From Eledone cirrhosa (taxonomy: Eukaryota): a stretch of 64,000 bases of DNA. The DNA lies in contig OZ024742.1 of the NCBI GenBank assembly GCA_964016885.1, positions 216,752,001 to 216,816,000 of the forward strand. The letters run 5' to 3'. The notes under the pieces were generated by a model, which searched no databases, was not told the origin of the DNA, and saw only the letters and a program-made list of their open reading frames with translations. Both the position numbers and the translations under genes were made by a program. Numbering within the stretch: position 1 is the stretch's first letter; every line of letters begins with the position of its first letter. Below are positions 13,439 through 26,126 of the stretch, in pieces.

Positions 13439-15319
13439 CTACCTTTCCGCTTCCCGGGGTTCGGGTTGCACGACTTCCATGGGGTCGGGGGTGTTGGGTG
13501 AAGGGGTGTCTTGTGGTGGTGTGGGGTCGTCGGTGTGTGGTGGGGTTGGGGTGTTTGGAGTTGTGTTGGGGAGGGGAAGGGGAGGGGGAAAGCTTTTTAG
13601 TAGGACGCGGTTTATGGGTTTGACAGAGGGTGGTCCTACGTCCTCCTTAAAATCCTTTTTTAGTTTTTGGTAGAGGTTCATTGGGATTTTTATTAGTTTT
13701 AAATGTGGGTGGTTTTCTGATGAAACAAAGTTTACACCTTCGGTTTGTACCGAAGGATTATTGTATATGAGTTCATTTAATTTATTATTGTTTCTGTTGA
13801 TGTAAGTATAGTGTAATGTCTTTTTTTCCGATGGTGTGAGTGTTTCGAAGAGGGGAGGGGCAGGTTTGGTTTTGTTTGTTGCTGGAGGGGTGTTTTCTGT
13901 TTTGTTAGATTGTGTTGCGATTTGGGTGGGGGTTGTTTGTCCTTGTGTGTTTTGCACATGTTTTCTTTTTTTCCTTTTAATCTGTCTGAAGGACTCCGTT
14001 TCTTCCTCCGAATTCGTTGGGTTATCTTCAGTGTTGGAGGGAAGAGGTATGTTTGCTGGTAATGTTTCCGTGTTGGTTTTCTTTGTGGGGGAGATGGATG
14101 TCACTATGTTAGACTGTGTTGTGTGTTGTGTCTGCGGTGGTTGTGTTGTTTTATTGAGTGAGAGGTTGGGTGGGCCTGTATTTTGTTTTGGGGTAATGTG
14201 TTGTGACTGTTTGTGTTGTGGTGGTGTTGTGGTGTTACTGAGGGACGGGTTGGGTGGGACTGAGTTTTGTTGTTTGTTTATCTGTTGTGGTGGTGGTGGT
14301 GGAGCTGGTGTTGGTAGCAGGGTTTTCTTTTTGTTGAGTTGGGGACAAGCGGCCTTCAGGTGCCCTCTGCCTGCACAGATATGGCAGGACGGCCTTCTCC
14401 CCTCCACGCTAATGTTTATATACCCGTGGTCCTCTAATAGGATTCTGTCGGGTATTTGGGCGATGCGTTCAGGCTTCATTTGTACTACCAGCTCTATACC
14501 TGTTCCACTGAACGCATTGCCTGTGGTTTTCCCAATGGAAATCACGTTGTCATTCACTGGATCGATGAAGCCAGCTATGAGCCAGCAGTAGTCCACATCT
14601 GGCATCATTGCATCCAGCCATATGCGTTGAGTTTTTTTTCCCATATAAGATGGATAAAAGGTGAAATTTTTCGAACGAATCGGTGACAAAGCACATTTTT
14701 TTGCTGCCGATTCGTTCTTCATGATAATTGCTAGACTTCCATACAGTCTGTCTTTTCTTATGAAAGTTGTTTCATTCAGTACTTCTGCGAGTACTGTTTT
14801 GATATCTGCTTGAGAAGGCTGTTCAGGTTTTTTTGTACTGTTGTTGATGGTCCGAAACTTGACCGTTCGTCTTTCAATGTCTTTCGTGAATTCTTGAGGC
14901 ATTTTTACCAATAAAATACCATTCTCACCTTCACTTATGTATTGTTTTGCGTCCGTGATCCTTCGTACCACATCTGAAATGTTTTCCGCTATATAAGTCA
15001 AAGATTTCTTTGTTTTCTGTGCAAATGAAATCTGGTCGTCTGCTTTGTTTTCTGATATGATGTTATTTTCAACTGTTATTTTTTTGTTTGTTGTGTCTTT
15101 GTTTGTGTTATTAGTATTGTCATGCAATTTTTCAAATTTTTTTTTTTCGTTGTTTTCGTCATTTAATTTTTTTTCCTCCGCAGATTCGTCCGTTTTTATT
15201 TTCATTTTTCCTTCCTTCTCTATGACGTTAGTTGGGAAGGAAGGGAGGACTAAAGCGTGCGAGCTTACAACTCTTACCGCTGTCCCCCCACCACTATTTT
15301 CGTTCGCTGCGTTTAACAT
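13439..15319 (-). CDS. Tx1 ORF1, gag-like nucleic-acid-binding protein (626 aa)
   Basis: Position upstream of ORF2; single CCHC knuckle CHICAGRGHLKAAC; long P/T/Q/N-rich tail. Confidence 0.88.
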   Translation of the reverse strand: MLNAANENSGGGTAVRVVSSHALVLPSFPTNVIEKEGKMKIKTDESAEEKKLNDENNEKKKFEKLHDNTNNTNKDTTNKKITVENNIISENKADDQISFAQKTKKSLTYIAENISDVVRRITDAKQYISEGENGILLVKMPQEFTKDIERRTVKFRTINNSTKKPEQPSQADIKTVLAEVLNETTFIRKDRLYGSLAIIMKNESAAKKCALSPIRSKNFTFYPSYMGKKTQRIWLDAMMPDVDYCWLIAGFIDPVNDNVISIGKTTGNAFSGTGIELVVQMKPERIAQIPDRILLEDHGYINISVEGRRPSCHICAGRGHLKAACPQLNKKKTLLPTPAPPPPPQQINKQQNSVPPNPSLSNTTTPPQHKQSQHITPKQNTGPPNLSLNKTTQPPQTQHTTQSNIVTSISPTKKTNTETLPANIPLPSNTEDNPTNSEEETESFRQIKRKKRKHVQNTQGQTTPTQIATQSNKTENTPPATNKTKPAPPLFETLTPSEKKTLHYTYINRNNNKLNELIYNNPSVQTEGVNFVSSENHPHLKLIKIPMNLYQKLKKDFKEDVGPPSVKPINRVLLKSFPPPLPLPNTTPNTPTPPHTDDPTPPQDTPSPNTPDPMEVVQPEPREAER

Positions 15320-15668
15320 TTCTGTTAGACGATTGAAATTTTTTACACAAAATTTTTTAAAACAGGTTTTTCACCTCTAGGAGGGGTAAAGATGAGCTGA
15401 CCCACCGTCTGACAGTTCAGACGGAGGGTCAAGCTACACAATTGTATCAAAATTAAGTTTGAACTCACAAAATTTCCTCAATAAATTTGAACAAAACTTC
15501 TGTGCGAAGTGAATGACATCCACACTGTAGAACAGACGACAGCTAGATTCCTATAGATAGATAGATAGATAGATCGATAGATAGATAGATACATACATAC
15601 ATACACACATACACACATACATACATACATACATACATACATACATACATACATACATACATACATAC

Positions 15669-15799
15669 ATGGTGGCTGCCAACTCGTTTTCGAGTACGGC
15701 CACTACTTTATATCGATGTAGAACCCCTACCGATGCGCTTAAGAAGTGTGACTTTTTAGTCCAGCCAGCGACTTGAAAACTCTAGTACAAACACTACAC

Positions 15800-15800
<1 letters not shown>
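15669..15800 (-). mobile_element. 3' fragment of RTE-derived non-autonomous element (family B) with (TATG)n tail
   Basis: Matches the 3' end of 59634-60207 (gtactcgaaaacgagttggcagccacc-atgtatg). Confidence 0.8.
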
Positions 15801-15830
<30 letters not shown>

Positions 15831-15840
15831 CATACATACA

Positions 15841-15871
<31 letters not shown>

Positions 15872-16722
15872 CGCGTGAAGTAGTGAGGTAAAGGGGGCTG
15901 CCAGGTGTCCTATTCATGGCATGGTGCGTCCATCAGTTGTAATGATGTTTTACCAGAAAATCTGCCGTTTGTTCTTTGAAATGAATCTCGATACACAGCT
16001 AGTATTTCTTACTGTGTGAATTCGTACGAGTGCAAAAATGAAGAAGGAAGTGTCGGGAGGGGTCGATAGAATAGGAAGAGAGAATGAAATTGAAAAAGAA
16101 GCCGTACTAACTTTACAACTAAGTTTTCCATCGGCTTAGGAAAAATGGTCATAGTAATAAACGTGAGTGGAATATTCTGTTTTCTAAATACAGCACAGAC
16201 ATTTCTTATTGGTAAAATTTAGCTTTCTTATTTGGTCAATATTACATTTGTATACGCTGTTAAACCACGACGAAGATAAAGAGTTACGTTTCGAAAGGAT
16301 TATATAAATAGCCTAAGGGAAAGTGTAAAACTAGTAGCAGTGAGAAAAGATGGAAGACGAGAAGTAAGGAAGTGAAGATGGAGAAGAGAGTAAGGGGTTA
16401 ATGAAAGGAAAAATGGTAGCAGGGTTAGGGATAATTACAAGACAATTTGAAAGCGTTTTACGGTATTCTAGATATATTGCAGTATTTGCAACCAACACGG
16501 TAAGGAGTAAATGGAGGCGGTGTGAACGATCATTGTGGCAGTACAATATAAATTGTGTATTATAAGAGATATCATACAAGATTTTCGCTGATCTAGCTAG
16601 GAAAAGCACTTTCTTAAAAGTGTTCACTATTATCATAAAACATTTTTAGACTGCAATAGATTTAATTATATCTGTACGTGTGTGTGAGGGTGTGTATTTT
16701 TATGTATGTATGTATGACCGTG

Positions 16723-16834
<112 letters not shown>

Positions 16835-17427
16835 TGTCTGTCTGTATTTGAAGATATGATTGGTTTTCTTTTTTGGAAGAAGTCACCACTATGTAGATAA
16901 TAATCGATAGTACAATAAGTCGTGTTCGATTCCAAGTAGCGTTTTCTATCCACATTTTTCCGTCCCCAGTAATACTACTCGAGTTGTTCAACTAGTATTT
17001 AAAGTTATCTGTAATGTGGTGTCTTTCCATCAAAAAGGAAAAAGAAAAGTATTTTCAAACTTCAAATGTTTACCTTATCACTGCGTCGCAAAGTAACCAG
17101 GTGTTACTAAGTCTACTTTCGATATATATGATTGACACAATCCCAAATTCTTTCTAGATAGTGTGTCTGGATACAGTTTAATGAATGAAACATATATATA
17201 TCATTCATTTAGATTTTTCATTTATTTACATTATTATTTGTCTGACCCGAATTTTCATGGTCGTTTTTTTCGGCTGTGCGAGTGATTTTAAGCATTGTCC
17301 CCGTGTGTTGGTATTTAAACGATAGTTATAGCTCTTGTTTATCCAAACTATTGAGCCCTTTGCCACGCATTTCGAAGATTGTGTTTCGTTATTTCGTGGG
17401 CCGAAATTCCGATCTCTATAATTTATT

Positions 17428-17496
<69 letters not shown>

Positions 17497-17704
17497 CGTT
17501 TCTGAATTTGTTTAGTAAGATTCTTTATCTGAAAACGTGTTGAAACCGATATTGTTATGCTTTGGGAGGGTCATGTTGCCAATAAGAAACACACGCACCA
17601 GCTGCATTCACTCCAATTTATTATAAATTAAATTTATAAATTTAAGAATTTATAAATTTCCGGTTGTTTGGTTGGTTCCATAACCGGACGGTTGTTCATA
17701 TATT

Positions 17705-17746
17705 GTCAAAATTCTTTCGTCACACATTCTATGACCTCTTCAGTGA
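17705..17746 (-). ncRNA. Minimal type I hammerhead ribozyme motif
   Basis: gtca-CTGAAGA-g-gtcat agaatgt gtgac-GAAA-gaattt-tgac. Confidence 0.65.
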
Positions 17747-17941
17747 CCGGGGATATTTTTTTTTTTTGTGCCTCTCCTTTGTTCTGTCCTACGCCATCTT
17801 GTTTTTGTGTGTGTTGTGTGCTTAGTTTGCGCATGTGTTACATCCGCGTGTCTGTGTGTGTTTTTATTTGTTTATTTATTTGTTTATTTACATGTTACTA
17901 GTTGGTTGTTTGTTCTATGTGTGTGTGTTTTCATTTTGTCC

Positions 17942-18310
17942 TTAATTGTAAGTTGTGATGTTACTATTCCATTCATGTTTTCTATTTAATTTTGGATGGA
18001 GTTCATTTATGTTTATTGCCTCTGTGATTTGTCTAAACATTGCGTCTTTTCTGTGTGTAGATTTTATTTTTATTTCTATGTTCTCTAATTTACCCTTATG
18101 TTCTATTTTAGCATGTTGGTGGAGTACTGATGAGTGTTTTCTATCTTGAAGCTCTCACCAGTATTCATTTAATCGTTCTCCTATACTACGAACTGTCTCA
18201 CCTATGTACATTATATTCTTATCTTTACATTGTCCCTCAGTACACCTTATGCTATATACTATGTTTCTAGTTTTGCAGTTAATATGGGGGCTTAGTTTAC
18301 AGATTATGCA
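17942..18310 (-). pseudogene. PLE GIY-YIG endonuclease C-terminus (one in-frame stop)
   Basis: Manual translation CIICKLSPHINCKTRNIVYSIRC..MYIGETVRSIGERLNEYW*..HQHAKIEH..RQITEAININELHPKLN; not in the ORF track. Confidence 0.88.
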
Positions 18311-18469
18311 TTTCTTATCTACCAACCAACCAAGCGGAAATTTATAGATTTTTTTTTAATTTATATAATTTAATATTATTATATAATTTATATAATTTAA
18401 TTTATAATAAATTGGAGTGAAAGCAGCTGGTTATATATATATATATATATAACTTTGATAACTTTGATA

Positions 18470-19060
18470 GGTTTTTGCCAGTATTGGCCCAAGCCATTAC
18501 TAACTTAATGCCACCATGGAAAGGAGGTATTGTTTGCGGAGACATATCCGGGTGTAGGAGGTTTATCCGGGATTTCTTGAAGAAATTTGTTCAAAGTCTT
18601 CTTGAACTTTATGGGGTCCATTTCTGTTTTAATGTGTTTTGGTGGATGGACAGCAGGGAGGGGGGGGGCAAGTCTTAGATGTACTTTAAAGGTGATACCA
18701 ACATCATTTGGACAATGCTGATGGAATATTTTCCACATCATGCAGATAATGTAGCGCTCACAGCGGCATTAGAGAGAATAAGTTTGAGTTTTTCTAGTCG
18801 ACCCCAATAGTCAAGGCATGACATGCCATCTATAGTTTACTTAATTTACGGTGGACAACAGTATTCAAGGTATGGTCGGGTAAAAGTGGAAAAGAGAAGG
18901 ATAATAGAGTGAATATCTCTCGACTGGAAGGTTCTGAAATTCCAGGAACACATTCTGCAGGCCATGTCAACTTTGCTGTTTATGTGAGTGGCCCAGCTTG
19001 TGTTGTTGTCCACAATTACTCCCCAAATCTCTGATGTTGTTGGATGCCACGAGAATTTCA
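18470..19060 (-). mobile_element. CR1/L2-type LINE RT C-terminal fragment
   Basis: GVIVDNNTSWATHINSKV..FRTFQSRD..RPYLEYCC, DYWGRLEKLKL, KFKKTLNKFLQEIPDKP. Confidence 0.8.
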
Positions 19061-19227
19061 CCTATGAATTAGATACATAGAGATAAAAACGCTACCATAT
19101 AAATAGATAGCTAGATGGATTTAGCATATATTATATATATATATATTAAATGTATATATTGAGTTAGGAACTCAAAATAGTCTCCTACAACAAAATAGCT
19201 CTAAGAAAGCGATATTTCTGAGTCCTA

Positions 19228-19690
<463 letters not shown>

Positions 19691-21699
19691 CCGCATATTA
19701 TTGACAGACGTGAGCCAAAGTACTCAATGCCGAAGTTGAGTTTCAATATTCATTTAATATGACTGAGTGGAGAAACTCCAGAATAACAAGGTTCACCACT
19801 TAGACGTATGTAGTAAATATGTGTGTGTGTGTGTGTATGTGTGTGTATGCGTGTGTGCGCGTGTGTGTGCATGTGTATGTGTGTGTGAGGATATTGTGGT
19901 TTAATCGAATATATAACCACACATAGCTACACATTTATAATATGTGTAGGCAAAACATTTCTAGAATACAATACGATGCATACATATACACACATGCATT
20001 CGTGCATATGTACTTACATATACGCATTCATAAGTACGTACTTACATTATAAAGCAGTAAGTTTGATATATGCATATGCACATAGATTGTTTATAGACAT
20101 CTCTCTCTCTCTCTCTCTATCTATCTCTCTCCCTCTCTCTATCTCTCTCTCTCTATCTATCTATCTCTCTCTCTCTTTCTGATGTTATATATATGTGGTG
20201 TGTATGTAAGTAGCGTATGTCTATACATGTTAATGCATGTCTATGTGTGCCTATGTCTGAGTGTACAAGAATATGTGTTTGAATATTTTAGTGCATATTT
20301 TATATAATATGCAATATCCGATTTATAACGAGTGATGTGTTTGTGCTATTAGTTTATGGAGTGGTTTGTGTACTAGTATGTCTATATAACTATATGCTTT
20401 AGTGTGCAGAAGAATATTTTAATTTTCTTGCCATATTTACTAAGATCAAAGAAAAACAAAACAACTACGCAGTTATCCGCCCTTCAATTAACTGTCTCTA
20501 AATATCATTATATTATGTATATAAAATAAGATTTTATAGCAGATAACTCGTCTGGCATATATAGTTGTGTTAAACGATACCAAGAACTGTCTAGCTTTCT
20601 ATTGCATTGCTGCTATTTTCTTTTAATATATTGGCATTTTAAAATTCAAATTACCATGCTTTTATTGAAGTTGATCTCCGTGTTTTCTCCGTGTTGATCT
20701 GAATGTGTTTTCCTTGCGAATTTATCAGAGCACAAAGCAGAACAGTTTTATACTAAAATATGAAAGTAAGCTAACTAGTCACTCATAAAAGCAGGTTGGT
20801 GTTTCGTTTGTGAATATTTGTAAAACTTTCTCAAGTATTAACATGTAATGCAATAATGTCTACGTACGTGTGTGTACGTATGTGTGTGTAAGTAAGTGTG
20901 TGTACGTGCATGTACATGTGCGTGCGTGTATGAATGTGTTTCATAATAAATCGTGAAAGTTTGTAGACATGATATTGTTTCTAACTATACATTAATTTTT
21001 GCACGAAATTTTAAATGTGTAAAATATACCACCAATATTCTTTTAATATCCATATTGAAATTTACTCGGGATTTCGAAACCCACACTATCCGCCTTCTTG
21101 ACACATACAAATATTTTATCATCACCATCTAGATTAATGAATGTTAAATAACTTTGTCACCTAAAACCTCTGAGAGAGCTTCCTTTGTGTCACTCACCCG
21201 TCTAGAAATAGCAGACAGATTTCTTTTAAAACACACATTATTCTATTGTGTAAACATTCAGTAACACATACATTAATGTAGTATTTGAAGGAAAAGATGG
21301 AAAGGTCACGGCAAGTACTTCTCTAATTGTAGATCTACGCTAAAATGGAGAAAAACAACAGCTTTTACTCAGCAACATCCCCAAAGAGGCAACAGAACGA
21401 AATGATTACAGCACTCTTGAACTGCACCTTCACAAATTCCTGACAAATTAATCATATTTAGATATGATTCCGCTAATAATAATTCGTTATTGAATTGAGT
21501 TGTGTAGTTCAAATTCAAATGTAATACCCATTACCCAAGTGTGTTCAAATTCAAATTCAATAATCATTACCCAATTGATGATTTTGTTGTATGAATTACC
21601 TAGGCTACAGCTAGATGAAACCTATGCCAATTGTGTAAGGTTATGCTTCATATGTAGCTAATAACTTGCATCTATAAGATAGTTTCAGGCAGAAATTAC

Positions 21700-22120
21700 T
21701 TGATAACTTGAGGTAGGGCTATTTGGTCTATTCAGTTTATTTAAGCCAATAGTAATGGTGTTACTCGATAGATAAGGACTCAAATAGAGCCGTTACTTCT
21801 CCAAATCGAAAGATCACAGCTCCGCCACTAGGAGCATATGATCAGAATGTCTATTGGAAGAATCGCTAGACAGATTTTAATGGCAAAGCCAACCGGCAGG
21901 AGATAAAGAGTTAGACTATTAGCAAGATGGTTTGATAACATAGATGAGAACGGGTTGTCTCACTTGAGGGATCCAGCCAGATCATTTTGAAGAAGTTGTT
22001 TTTGATAGGACGCTCTGGAATGTGTCTGACGACTCTACCCCCACGAGCCTCCCAAGAAGAAGAAGAAGAAGAAGAAGAAGAAGAAGAAGAAGAAGAAGAA
22101 GAAGAAGCAGTAGTCGTAGC

Positions 22121-22170
<50 letters not shown>
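21700..22170 (+). mobile_element. RTE-clade LINE 3' fragment with (GAA)n(GTA)n tail
   Basis: EPLLLQIERSQLRH..RIARQILMAKPTGRR..RWFDNI followed by trinucleotide repeats at 22056-22170. Confidence 0.75.
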
Positions 22171-22589
22171 ATTTGAAACTATTCCCGCTGAACCATCCTT
22201 TTCTGTCAAAAATATCCTATATGAATTAGGTTGTCTTCATCTAGAGAGATATTCTATAATACAGTATATCATTGAAACAAAGCATTGTTGATGCATTAGT
22301 TTTTTTTACTCGAACTAGCTGCCAACAACGTATTATATATGCAAATCTATCCATCAAATTTACTTAATCCACAAGTAATAACTGACTTATAAGCATTATG
22401 TTTGTGGATAGTTAACAGCGATGTTGGTATGATCCCCTAACTCCTAACGGAGTCGTAGCAGCGTTTCTTATGTTTTTTAAGCCGAGCGGAGCTCATTCTT
22501 CTCCCAGTCTGAACACATCAGATTTCTTCCAGAGAAAGATAAAAAGCTAGAGAGAGGAAGTAAGAAAGAGATATAGAGAAAGAATTGAC

Positions 22590-22730
22590 ACCAGACTAGT
22601 AATTTTTTATCGACTTCGAAAGGATGAAAGGCAAAGTTAACCTCGATGGTTTATGAATTCAGAGAGAAGATAGCCAGAACGAATACCGCAAAGCATTCTA
22701 TCCGATGTTTAAACGACTCTGCTAAGTCGC
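22590..22730 (-). mobile_element. Diverged SINE family A copy
   Basis: tatcgac..aggatgaaaggcaaagttaacctcg core in reverse orientation. Confidence 0.65.
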
Positions 22731-22879
22731 TGATAAAATACCAAACACATCTTCTCCACACAGATTATAAATTCACATTTTTACCGTTAATTATTAGTAT
22801 ACTTGGCTATATTAATGAATGACTAAGAAGGAATTTGGAATAACTACGGTTTTCAGGTACCGGAATGAACTATGTAATA

Positions 22880-23040
22880 CACATTTTACAAATACAATAC
22901 GGGACAGTAAAAATATGCAAGAATTTTCTGAAGTTCAATGTGACAATCAATGTTTTTGTTTTCCCGATTCCAATGTGTTTCTTTGTTAGAAACCAGCTAT
23001 TCCTTTACAGAAAGTATTCAAATAATCAAATGAAAACATG
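22880..23040 (+). mobile_element. R4/Dong-like LINE extreme 3' fragment
   Basis: LQIQYGTVKICKNFLKF, the same C-terminus as 23115-23572; followed by (CATA)n. Confidence 0.65.
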
Positions 23041-23114
23041 CATGTACATACATACATACATACATACATACATACATACATACATACATACATACATACA
23101 TACATACATACATC

Positions 23115-23800
23115 TTTTGCAATCCAAGAACAGGAAATCAACTGAAATTAAAAGCTACAGCAATGTGGAAGACATACATATACATAATATGAAAGAGTAC
23201 TGGTGGAATGTTCCAGTAAAAACCACAATAAAATGCAGGCATAACAGACCATATATGATGATATGGGACAGGGAAAAGAAGGCATGCACAGTAGTGGAAG
23301 TTAGCTATCCAGCAGATGCCAATATAATATCAAAGGAGAATATTTATGCAGAACTGATGAGAAATCTGCAGATACTCCACCCTGAATATACCTTCAGATT
23401 TATGCCTGTGATTATTGGAGCACTGGGGTATGTTAGTAACTGCCTCAATACAAATCTTGAGCAGCTAGGCTTCACAGAAACAGAAAGAACACAAGTAGTT
23501 AGGAAATTACAAGTACAATCCATTAATGGAACAGTAAAAATATGTAAAACATTCCAAACATTTTGCATCTAATAACTGCATATACACATGTACAGTTACT
23601 AAGCATATGCACATGCACACATACAACTCAAAACATACACATACACGCATAAAATAACATCCATATCTACACATGCATGCATGCAGACATACATATCTAC
23701 CTAGTTGATGTTGTGTAAATTCCAATGAGAGTCTTGTGTCTATGTTAGAAACCGACTCTCTCTCTATTGGCAAAAATCTGTGAAATTATAAAACCAGAAA
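23115..23800 (+). mobile_element. R4/Dong-like LINE 3' fragment (REL endonuclease)
   Basis: EYWWNVPVKT..HNRPYMMIWD..VVEVSYP..KENIY..PVIIGALG..GTVKICKTF; flanked by (CATA)n. Confidence 0.85.
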
Positions 23801-23859
23801 AACATACATGCGTGCATACATACATTCATACATACATTTATACATACATTCATACATAC

Positions 23860-24108
23860 ATGATGGCTGCCCCTCTCGTTATCGAGTATGGCCATTGCAC
23901 GATATAACATTATTAATAATTATCAATTAATGCTATCGTGCAATGCCTGCGATTGAAGATTTTTTTTGTGAGGAAAGACTGTGCACTGAACCAATCCCAC
24001 ACTCTGAGCGACAGTAGCTATAACCCGAAAAGAAGAAAAGATCAACATCATCGGTAACCATTGTGCCGCAGGTTTTATGTCGGAGTTATCCCAGTTTCCT
24101 GAGTTGCC
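23860..24108 (-). mobile_element. Diverged relative of RTE-derived family B
   Basis: 3' end ggccatactcgataacgagaggggcagccatcatgtatg and internal atgatgttgatc..gtgggattggttcagtgca similar to 59634-60207. Confidence 0.6.
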
Positions 24109-24214
24109 TACATACATACATACATACATACATACATACATACATACATACATACATACATACATACATACATACATACACCCAAACATACACACATACA
24201 CACATGTACATACA

Positions 24215-24470
24215 TGGAACTGTAAAAATATGTAAAACATTTCAGAATTTCAGTATGTAATAACTGCATATACACGTACAGATACAGCAACATTTACACA
24301 TATAACTCAAAACATACAGATCCACATTTGCAATAACACCCATACCTTCACACACGTACACACAAACACATACAGACATACATATTTACCTAGTTGATGC
24401 TGTCTAATTTCCAATCAGTGTCGTGTTTCTGTGTTAGAAACCGGCGCTCTTTCTCTCTGTTGGGGAAAAT
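24215..24470 (+). mobile_element. R4/Dong-like 3' end and UTR, second copy of 23525-23790
   Basis: ggaactgtaaaaatatgtaaaacatt..taataactgcatatacac..tacctagttgatg..gttagaaaccg shared. Confidence 0.75.
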
Positions 24471-24480
24471 TTATAAAATA

Positions 24481-24660
24481 ATTATTTCTACTTTTTGGGA
24501 CAAGGCCAGCAATTATCTCAGTGTATTACTGGTACTTTATTTTATCGACCCCGTAAGGATGAGAGGCAAAGTTAACCTCGGCGGGATTTGAACTGAGACC
24601 ATAGAGGGCCGTAACTCTTTGCTGCAAAGCATGGTGTCCGAACCTCTACCAATACTGCCA
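24481..24660 (-). mobile_element. SINE family A
   Basis: Reverse complement of the 7187-7370 consensus. Confidence 0.85.
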
Positions 24661-24929
24661 AAACCAGAATATACATACAAGTATATATAGTATAATTATC
24701 CCAATAACTTTATGGCGGCAACAAAATAGTTCTAATACGATTTTTTTTTTATTTCATTGCATTATCACACTCTACTGGAGAAACTTGCTAAGTACGTTTG
24801 TGACTTCTTCATAAACTAGTGAAAAATAAAATCATTTAACCTCTTTCTTGGGGTTTTTTTTTGCGTTTATTTGATGTATATAAAAAGAAAAAATTAACTT
24901 AAATTGAGACTTTGAAAACAACTATCCGG

Positions 24930-25790
24930 CGCTGTGCCGAACTCATCTGCAAAGTTTGCTTTGATAACGGCGGCTGTGAGATATGGCGGCCTCGATCTCC
25001 GATCCACTATAGACTTGGCACTACCGGCCTATCTCTCCTCAATTTCCTCCAACCACACCCTCATCCCCGAGATCCTCATTAACTTGGCCCGGGGACTGGA
25101 GACAGCCCTGGCTTATTGGACCGACAAAGGCCTTGTCTTACCCCAAGGTCCACGTAACTAGGACGGCACCAAGTGCAAGTCCTCCTTCAGGCAGATCAGG
25201 TATTTCTCACACCAGCACCGTCTTGCCTGCCTACGTCCTGCCACGCAACCAAACACAGGCGCTTGGCTTAATTCGATGTCTTCCTCATCAACCGGTACCC
25301 TTCTTGATGAGGTGTGCACCCACATGGTGTGGCAGAGTACCTCGGCTTCCACGTGTATGAGCCAGACAGAGGCCGTTGAGGAGCAGTGGTCGAGGAGTTC
25401 GGTCTGTACCCATTATCCTGTCGCCTTAGAGCAGGCCCGCTGCTCTGTCAGCCCGCCCTTAACGACATCATCATCAGGAGCTTCAACGCAGCCTGTTTCC
25501 CGTCAGAATTGGAGCCGGCTGGCCTCGACTGTGGTGATAGCAAGCGCTCCGACGGGTTAACCATCTTCCCTTTCGAGTGGGGCATATCCCTTATTTGGGA
25601 CGTGACGGACAGCGATTTGTTCTGCGCCTCCAACCTTGTCGCTTCGATCTGAAACCCGAGTCCTGCTGCCCGTATTGCGGAGCAGAGAAGATAGTCAAAT
25701 ACTGAGGCCTGACTTCCCACTTCCTCTTTGCATCGATCTCCATCGAGACATCTGGCGTCCACTGTCGCCACACTGCTGATTTCCTCCATA
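24930..25790 (+). mobile_element. CRE-like (REL endonuclease) LINE 3' fragment
   Basis: YGGLDLRSTIDLALPAYLSS; LNDIIIRSF..LEPAGLDCGDSKRSDGLTIFPFEWGISLIWDVT..D; frameshifted. Confidence 0.78.
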
Positions 25791-25937
25791 AAGTCGAAAA
25801 GATGGTGGCTCGCTCAATCTGGGTGTTGTGTCTGTCACTTACCCTCTCCCTTTCTGTCGTTGCTTGATCCTTTTCTTCTTTTTATTTCCTTTCTTCTTCC
25901 TTTGTTGTTCCCTCTAATAGTGTTTAGTTTTTATTAG

Positions 25938-26126
25938 ATAATTGTTTCTACTTTTGGCACAAGGCCAGCAATTATCCCAGTGTATTACTGGTACTTTATT
26001 TTATCGACCCCGTAAGGATGAAAGGCCAAGTTAACCTCGGCGGATTTGAACTCAGGCCATAAAGGGCCGTAACTCTTTTCTGCATAGCATGGCGTCCGAT
26101 CCTCCACCGATACTGCCAATCCACCA
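25938..26126 (-). mobile_element. SINE family A with TSD
   Basis: Full consensus match; TSD ttttattagataat on both sides. Confidence 0.88.

Larger units (their letters stand above)
9753..15552 (-). mobile_element. Full-length L1/Tx1-clade non-LTR retrotransposon inserted in (GATA)n
   Basis: Two long open ORFs; 3' end AATAAAGAAA runs directly into (TCTA)n; (GATA)n on both flanks (about 9696-9752 and 15553-15590). Confidence 0.93.
17590..18432 (-). mobile_element. Penelope-like element 3' part with inverted terminal duplication
   Basis: GIY-YIG remnant, internal hammerhead motif, and inverted arms about 17598-17677 / 18321-18432 (ccagctgcattcactccaatttattataaatt). Confidence 0.85.

Noticed and set aside
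9875-15380. Plus-strand ORFs (up to 251 aa) overlapping the Tx1 element
   Set aside because: Antisense shadows of the two real ORFs; no recognisable motifs.
18155-18157. In-frame TGA in the PLE endonuclease as selenocysteine (known in some Naiad elements)
   Set aside because: Not at a conserved Cys position (context EYW*EL, plausibly CGA to TGA decay); no SECIS recognised.
21982-22291. Poly-E/R/S/L/V ORFs
   Set aside because: (GAA)n(GTA)n tail of an RTE fragment.
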